64,000 bases of DNA from Candidatus Latescibacterota bacterium. Lineage in GTDB: Bacteria > Latescibacterota > UBA2968 > UBA8231. This document shows positions 58,567 through 64,000 of the stretch, piece after piece (position 1 is the first letter of the stretch; each line of letters opens with the position of its first letter). Both the position numbers and the translations under genes were made by a program. The DNA lies in NCBI GenBank assembly GCA_965243025.1, contig CBDETY010000003.1:3808001-3872000 (forward strand), written 5' to 3'. The notes beneath the pieces are model-generated. The model was not told the DNA's origin. It searched no databases and worked only from the letters and a program-made list of their open reading frames with translations.

Positions 58567-60494
58567 GTCGGTCCATTCTGTCGAGGACGGTCCTGTCCAT
58601 TCTGCCGGCGCCCCTTCTCGCCGCGCCCGCTCCGGCCGCCGAGCGCGCCGTGGTTCCGTATCCGGCGGAGGTCGCCGCTCCCGAATGGGTCGAGACCCGC
58701 AGGGCGCGCCAGCTGGAGAGCCTGGACCTGTTCGAAACCTTCATCGATTTCAGCTTCGCCGACCGCCGGGAGGAGACCGGGATCACCTTTGCCAACGTCT
58801 CCACCAGCGACACCGGCAAGCGCTACAAGGCCTCCCACTACGACCACGGCAACGGCATCGCTGTCGCCGACGCCGACGGCGACGGCCTCCTCGACATCTA
58901 CTTCTCGAACATGGCCGCGGCCAACGAGCTGTGGCGCAACGCCGGCTCCGGGGGCTTCGAGGCGGCCCCTTCGGAAGTTCTGGCCCTGTCCCGGGCGATC
59001 GGGGTGGCCGCTTCCTTCGCCGACATCGACAACGACGGCGACCCCGACCTGTTCGCGACCACGATCCGCGGCGGCAACCACCTGTTCGAGAACCGCGGAC
59101 AGGCGGAGTTCGCCGACGTCACCCGGCGGGCCGGCCTCCAGTACGAAGGCCACTCATCGGCCGCGGTGTTCTTCGACTACGACCTCGACGGCCTGCTCGA
59201 TCTGTTCGTCGCCAACGTCGGCGTCTTCACCACCGAAACCGTCGTCACCGCCCCCCTCGATGCCCTCAACCCGGAAACCCCGGGGGAATACAGCTACTTC
59301 GAAGCCCACCCCGACGCCTTTGCCGGGCACCTGAAGCCGGAGCGCAACGAGCCCTCGATCCTATACAGGAACAGGGACGGCTCCGCCTTCGAGGACGTCA
59401 CCTCGGCAACGGGGCTGGTCGATTCGAGCTGGGCCGGGGCGGCGACGCCGATCGACGCCGACGAGGACGGCTGGACCGACCTCTACGTGCTCGACATGCA
59501 GGGGCACGACGAGTACTTCGAGAACCGCGGGGGCAAGCGGTTCGTCCGGAAGAGCCGCGAGGTCTTCCCGCGCACGCCGTGGGGCTCGATGGGGGTCAAG
59601 GTCTTCGACTGGGACAACGACGGCATGCTCGATCTCTACATCAGCGACATGCACTCGGACATGAGCGCCGAGGTCGGGCCCTGGGACGAGAAGTGGAAGG
59701 CGAGCATGCAGTTCCCCGAATCCTTCCTCCTCAGCGGCGGCATGAGCCTTTACGGCAACGCCTTCTACCGGAAGACCGGCCCGGGCAGGTACGAGGAGAT
59801 CTCCGACGCGGTCGGCGCCGAGAACTACTGGCCCTGGGGCCTGAGCACCGGCGACCTCAACGCCGACGGCTTCGAGGACGTGTTCCTCGCCTCGAGCATG
59901 AACTACCCGTTCCGCTACGGGGTAAACACCGTGTTGATCAACAACCGGGGCGCCGGGTTCCTCGACAGCGAGTACCTGCTCGGGGTGGAGCCCCGCAAGG
60001 AAGGCGTCACCTCCAGGCCCTGGTTCCACCTCGACTGCGGCGGGGCCGACGCCGGCCACAAGCACTGCGAGGGGCAGGAGGGCGAGGTCGAGGTCTGGGC
60101 TTCTGTCGGCACGCGCTCGTCGGCGGTCTTCGACATCGACGGGGACGGCGATCTCGACATCGTCACCAACGAGTTCAACGACCTGCCGATGGTGCTGGTC
60201 AGCGACCTGTCCGAGCGCCGGGAGATCGGCTACCTCCAGGTGAGCCTCCGGGGCAACAGCTCCAACCGGGACGGTCTCGGCGCCAGGGTCGATGTCACCG
60301 CCGGGGGAAGGCGCTTCACCAAGGTCAACGACGGGCAGTCCGGGTACCTGTCACAGAGCAGCCTGCCGCTCTATTTTGGCCTCGGCGGCGCCGACAGGGT
60401 CGACCTCGTCGAAGTGACCTGGCCCGGCGGAGGGAAGCAGTCGCTGGCCGGGGTCGACGGCAACCGGACGATCGTCATCGAAGAGAACCAGTAA
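58563..60494 (+). CDS. CRTAC1-like FG-GAP repeat protein with ASPIC/UnbV C-terminus
   Basis: Many DxDxDGxxD repeats, NRDGLGARV, SGYLSQSSLPLYFGLG, VTWPGG. Confidence 0.9.
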   Translation: MSRSILSRTVLSILPAPLLAAPAPAAERAVVPYPAEVAAPEWVETRRARQLESLDLFETFIDFSFADRREETGITFANVSTSDTGKRYKASHYDHGNGIAVADADGDGLLDIYFSNMAAANELWRNAGSGGFEAAPSEVLALSRAIGVAASFADIDNDGDPDLFATTIRGGNHLFENRGQAEFADVTRRAGLQYEGHSSAAVFFDYDLDGLLDLFVANVGVFTTETVVTAPLDALNPETPGEYSYFEAHPDAFAGHLKPERNEPSILYRNRDGSAFEDVTSATGLVDSSWAGAATPIDADEDGWTDLYVLDMQGHDEYFENRGGKRFVRKSREVFPRTPWGSMGVKVFDWDNDGMLDLYISDMHSDMSAEVGPWDEKWKASMQFPESFLLSGGMSLYGNAFYRKTGPGRYEEISDAVGAENYWPWGLSTGDLNADGFEDVFLASSMNYPFRYGVNTVLINNRGAGFLDSEYLLGVEPRKEGVTSRPWFHLDCGGADAGHKHCEGQEGEVEVWASVGTRSSAVFDIDGDGDLDIVTNEFNDLPMVLVSDLSERREIGYLQVSLRGNSSNRDGLGARVDVTAGGRRFTKVNDGQSGYLSQSSLPLYFGLGGADRVDLVEVTWPGGGKQSLAGVDGNRTIVIEENQ

Positions 60495-60528
60495 CACCAC
60501 ACCCACTCATTTCATTCGGGAGAATGCA

Positions 60529-60732
60529 ATGTTCACGCTGATTCAGCTCCTGCCGCTGCGGCAACTTCTGCTGCAGCAGCTGCCCGCCTTCACCGTTTCC
60601 TTCGTCATCGCCGAGACGTTCTACAAGTTCCACAGCTTCGCCCTCGAGACGGTGGCTTTCCTGGCGACCTGGTTCGTCATCGACGGGGCCATCCGCCTCG
60701 GCGGCGCCGCCCTGCAGCGCCTGAAGTCGTGA
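60529..60732 (+). CDS. Small (67 aa) membrane protein
   Basis: GGAG RBS; hydrophobic with IAETFYKFHSFALE motif; stop overlaps the next start (GTGA). Confidence 0.75.
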   Translation: MFTLIQLLPLRQLLLQQLPAFTVSFVIAETFYKFHSFALETVAFLATWFVIDGAIRLGGAALQRLKS

Positions 60733-61583
60733 GCGTCTCCGACAAGGAGATCCGGCGCTGCCTCGCCCGCCTCGAGGTCGAGGGGTTCTGCATAATCGAG
60801 GGGTTGATACCGGCGGCCGAGGTCGGCGCCGTGCGCGACGGGGTGCTGGCCGCGGTGGAATCGGTGGCCGAAGAGACGCTGGCCAGGGCCGAGGCGGTGC
60901 GCGCCAGGGGGCACCGCCTCAGCGCGCAGGGGGTGCAGGCGGTCCCCGGGCTGCTCAACCTCGACCAGTCGGCGGCCCCATGGCTGGCCGAGCCCCGGAT
61001 CATGGCGATTACCCGGGCGCTGTTCGGCGACTGGGTGCGCATGAGCAACACCAGCGGGCTGGTCAATTTTCCTGGCAACGACCGCGCCTACTGGCACGCC
61101 GACTGGCCCTACAACCAGACCAACGCCGTCCACATCCCGGCGCCGTACCCCGACGAGGTGATGAAGCTGTCCTCGCTCTGGATGCTGTCGGAGTTCTCGC
61201 CGCGCACCGGGGGCACGCTGGTGGTACCCGGCAGCCATCGCGCCCGCAACAACCCTTCCGGCGGGGACGGGGTGTTCGACCGCGAGGAGCCGCACCCTTC
61301 CGAGCTGCAGATTTCGGGAAGCCCCGGCAGCGTCATGCTGTTCGACAGCCGCCTGTGGCACTGCGTCGCCCGCAACCTGAGCGACGAGCCGCGGGTGGCG
61401 ATGAACGTCGGCTACCTGCCCTGGTGGCTGAACATCGAGCCGACGCGGCAGGGCACACCCGATTTCGTCCGCATGGTGGTCGAGACGGACGGCAAGCCGA
61501 ACGTCACCACCGAGCTGCGGCCCGAGGTGTACGAGCGGCTGCCGGAAGAGGTGAAGCCGCTGGTGCGGCACCTCGTGGCGTAA
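60729..61583 (+). CDS. PhyH family dioxygenase
   Basis: LEVEGFCIIEGLI, WHAD, GGTLVVPGSH, LWHC. Confidence 0.9.
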   Translation: MSVSDKEIRRCLARLEVEGFCIIEGLIPAAEVGAVRDGVLAAVESVAEETLARAEAVRARGHRLSAQGVQAVPGLLNLDQSAAPWLAEPRIMAITRALFGDWVRMSNTSGLVNFPGNDRAYWHADWPYNQTNAVHIPAPYPDEVMKLSSLWMLSEFSPRTGGTLVVPGSHRARNNPSGGDGVFDREEPHPSELQISGSPGSVMLFDSRLWHCVARNLSDEPRVAMNVGYLPWWLNIEPTRQGTPDFVRMVVETDGKPNVTTELRPEVYERLPEEVKPLVRHLVA

Positions 61584-61596
61584 TACCTGCGAGGCG

Positions 61597-61701
61597 ATGC
61601 AGCGGATGAAGCGTTCCCCGTGGGTTGCCGTAACCGCGTTCGCTTGCTGGCTGTTCGTCGCCATCATGGTCGGGGTCTGGATCGGCTGGCTGACCGGCTG
61701 A
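61597..61701 (+). CDS. Putative single-pass small membrane protein (31-34 aa), not in ORF track
   Basis: (MQR)MKRSPWVAVTAFACWLFVAIMVGVWIGWLTG*; GAGG upstream; codon usage like the host. Confidence 0.45.
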   Translation: MQRMKRSPWVAVTAFACWLFVAIMVGVWIGWLTG

Positions 61702-61813
61702 CCGTAGGCAGAAACGGGCCGTAGTCTGACCACCCCCCCCTTTCAGGAGGCGGCAGCACAACACCCGGGCCGGCAGGGCGCACAACGAAAAGCGCAATCT
61801 ACAGAGAAAAGCG

Positions 61814-62986
61814 ATGATCGAATCCTTCGACTATTTCTTCGGCGGCCACGTCGAGATGACGGACATGGGGTTCGCGGGAAAGCGCGTCGACGACCGCATC
61901 GAGAGCGACGGGCACCTGGCGACCGTGTTCGACGAAGCCCTCTCCATGGCGCGGCTGATGGAGCCGCTCAACTACGACACCCTGTGGCTTGCCGAGCACC
62001 ACTTCCAGCGCGAGGGGTACGGCGGCATCGGCAACATCCCGCTGCTCAGCGTCTGGCTCGCCGGCAAGACCGAGCGCCTCAAGTTCGGAGCGATGTTCAA
62101 CACGGTGCCGGCCTGGCACCCGCTGCGGCTCGCCGAGGACTTCGCCGCCGCCGACATCCTCACCGAAGGGCGGGTCCGCTTCGGCATCGGCCGCGGCTAC
62201 ATCAACCGCGAGGTCGAGACCCTGGGTTCTCCCCTCGACGACGACGAGGCCAACCGCGAGCGCTTCGAGGAGCAGGTCGACATCATCTTCAAGGCCTGGA
62301 ACGAGCAGAGCTTCTCGCACCGGGGCAGGCATTACGACATCCCCCCGAGGGTGGTCTACCGCGAACAGGAGCTGGAGGAGCTCACCCTGGTGCCGCGCCC
62401 GCGGACCCTGCCGGTCGAGTGCTGGCAGCCGATCTTCAGCGTCAGTCCGCGCGGCATCGACTTCATGATGAACCACGGGATCAAGGGAGTCGTGCCGGGA
62501 GGGGGCCGCGTCGACGAGATCGCGCGCAAGTGGCAGGAGGCGCACGCCGAGCGCGGCCGCGACACCGAGCTCGGGGAGAACCTGGCGCTGGTGCTGCAGG
62601 TGATGCTCGGCGACACCGAGGAGGAGGCGGTCGCCGAGGCCGAGGTCTGGTTCGAGGAGCAGCTCAAGGTGCTGTCCCCCCTCGGCAGGATGCCGTTCCT
62701 CAAGCGGGAGCAGATCCTGGCGACCTACGATCCGCATAAGGCCCCGGAAGCGGGCCTGCCGACGGTCCGCGACCTGCAGCGGGACGGGGCCTGGATCTGC
62801 GGGCCGCCGGAGCTGGTGTACGAACGGATCTGCGACTACCAGGAGCGCCTTCCCGGGCTGCGGCGGGTTTCGGTCGGAGCCGGAGCCCTGGCGATTCCGC
62901 CGAGCGTGCTCAGGCGCAACATCGAGTGGTTCGGCAGGGAGGTGCTGCCGCGATTCGACGGCGTCGCCGCGGCAGCCGCGGGCTGA
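61814..62986 (+). CDS. LLM class flavin-dependent oxidoreductase
   Basis: WLAEHHF, WHPLRLAEDFAAADILTEGRVRFGIGRGY, ICGPPE, WFGREVLPRF. Confidence 0.92.
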   Translation: MIESFDYFFGGHVEMTDMGFAGKRVDDRIESDGHLATVFDEALSMARLMEPLNYDTLWLAEHHFQREGYGGIGNIPLLSVWLAGKTERLKFGAMFNTVPAWHPLRLAEDFAAADILTEGRVRFGIGRGYINREVETLGSPLDDDEANRERFEEQVDIIFKAWNEQSFSHRGRHYDIPPRVVYREQELEELTLVPRPRTLPVECWQPIFSVSPRGIDFMMNHGIKGVVPGGGRVDEIARKWQEAHAERGRDTELGENLALVLQVMLGDTEEEAVAEAEVWFEEQLKVLSPLGRMPFLKREQILATYDPHKAPEAGLPTVRDLQRDGAWICGPPELVYERICDYQERLPGLRRVSVGAGALAIPPSVLRRNIEWFGREVLPRFDGVAAAAAG

Positions 62987-62994
62987 GGGAAATC

Positions 62995-63828
62995 ATGGAA
63001 CAACAGGACCGGACCACCAGAACCAAGGCGGCCGCCGCCCGCGGCGAGACTGTCTTCGTCCCGGAGATAAACCGGGTCTTCGATCCGGTGGTCATCGAGC
63101 TGATCGCCGAGGCCGGGTACGGCTGCGCCTGGGTCGACATGGAGCACTCCCACGCCAGCCTCGACAGGCTGTCGTCGATGATCCTGGCGGCGCGCACCGT
63201 CGGCCTCGACCTCTTCGTGCGCATACCGCACGGACCCTACAACCAGGTGATAAAGCCGCTCGAGCTCGGGGCCGCCGGCCTGATCTGGCCGCACTGCCGC
63301 AGCGCCGGGGAGGCGCGCCGTTTCGTCCGCATGGCGAAGTTCCAGCCCCTCGGCCTGCGCGGCATGGGGGGCGGCCGCGACTCCCGCTACGGCGCCGACG
63401 ATACCGCGGAGTACCTCGACCGCGCCAACGAGCAGACGCTGCTCGGGGTGATGATCGAGGACCCGGAAGGAGTGGAAGAGGCCGGGGAGATCGCCGCGGT
63501 CGAGGGGATCGACCTCCTGTTCGTCGGGCCGGGGGATCTCTCCCACAGCTGCGGCACCATCCGCGAGCCGGGAAAGCCGCACCTGCACGCCCCGGTGCTG
63601 GCCGCCTACGAGCGGGTCGGCGCCGCCTGCCGGGCCAACGGCAAGGTGATGGGCACCGCGGTCGACCCGGGACCGGAGATGGCCGAGGTGGTGAGGCTCG
63701 GGGTGCGCTGGCTCAACTGCTGCCACGAGCTGCGCGCCGTCACCGCCGGGTACGGAACCGCCCTGGCGGACTCGAAGGCGATCGTCGACAACCAATCGGC
63801 AGCGAAAAGCGAAAGGAGCGAATCGTGA
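62995..63828 (+). CDS. HpcH/HpaI aldolase family protein
   Basis: WVDMEH, KFQPLGLRG, VMIED, LFVGPGDL. Confidence 0.9.
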   Translation: MEQQDRTTRTKAAAARGETVFVPEINRVFDPVVIELIAEAGYGCAWVDMEHSHASLDRLSSMILAARTVGLDLFVRIPHGPYNQVIKPLELGAAGLIWPHCRSAGEARRFVRMAKFQPLGLRGMGGGRDSRYGADDTAEYLDRANEQTLLGVMIEDPEGVEEAGEIAAVEGIDLLFVGPGDLSHSCGTIREPGKPHLHAPVLAAYERVGAACRANGKVMGTAVDPGPEMAEVVRLGVRWLNCCHELRAVTAGYGTALADSKAIVDNQSAAKSERSES

Positions 63829-64000
63829 ATCTGGTTTTCGTCGGCTGCGAGTACGCCGGCAAATCGACCCTGGCCGCCGAAGTGATGGAGTGGGCCGAGC
63901 ATACCCTTGGCGGCACCAGTCATTTCCACGACCACTTCAGCGTCCCCTCGAGCGAGCTGTCGCCGGAAGCCGCCGAATCGGCGAAGAACGCGCACCCCCA
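63825..64000 (+). CDS. P-loop (nucleotide kinase-like) protein, 3'-truncated by the window edge
   Basis: GTG overlapping the upstream stop; MNLVFVGCEYAGKSTL Walker A. Confidence 0.7.
   Translation, partial: MNLVFVGCEYAGKSTLAAEVMEWAEHTLGGTSHFHDHFSVPSSELSPEAAESAKNAHP

Noticed and set aside
1-64000. tRNA, rRNA, integrase or prophage genes
   Set aside because: No cloverleaf or rRNA-like segments and no integrase or phage structural motifs were recognised by eye.

Overview
This is a high-GC bacterial chromosomal window with no rRNA, tRNA or intact CRISPR-cas locus. The backbone is catabolic and redox metabolism: nine PhyH-like Fe(II)/2-oxoglutarate dioxygenase genes, Gfo/Idh/MocA and aldo/keto reductases, a form-II-like coxG-coxS-coxL-coxM molybdoenzyme operon with divergent xdhC and mocA, gnd, UxuA-like TIM barrels, HpcH aldolases, GMC and LLM oxidoreductases, and beta-propeller hydrolases. 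This repertoire resembles Latescibacterota/Poribacteria-type organisms (inference). Several visibly AT-richer accessory patches interrupt the backbone. (i) Four paralogues of a secreted CBM9/DOMON-like protein all end in a conserved '(S/T)(A/V)V(E/K)xx(S/A/T)W(G/A)RIKA(S/A)L' tail. They sit at three loci bracketed by direct repeats; one repeat is a 35-bp duplication of the RBS and first codons of the downstream gene. (ii) A sigma54-driven HlyD + ABC + small Gly/Ser-rich protein + CPBP operon looks bacteriocin-like. (iii) An Rpn-family nuclease carries an internal RBS/ATG and is flanked by two ~100-nt structured direct repeats. (iv) A tandem SRA-like-HNH / SBD-HNH type IV restriction pair. (v) A 5'-truncated PLD-nuclease/ATPase. 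Also present are a 66-bp multi-hairpin element inserted in-frame in a gene, a junction joining two truncated convergent genes, an IS256 remnant and two single-base frameshifts. All product calls come from motif recognition by eye; no database searches were run.
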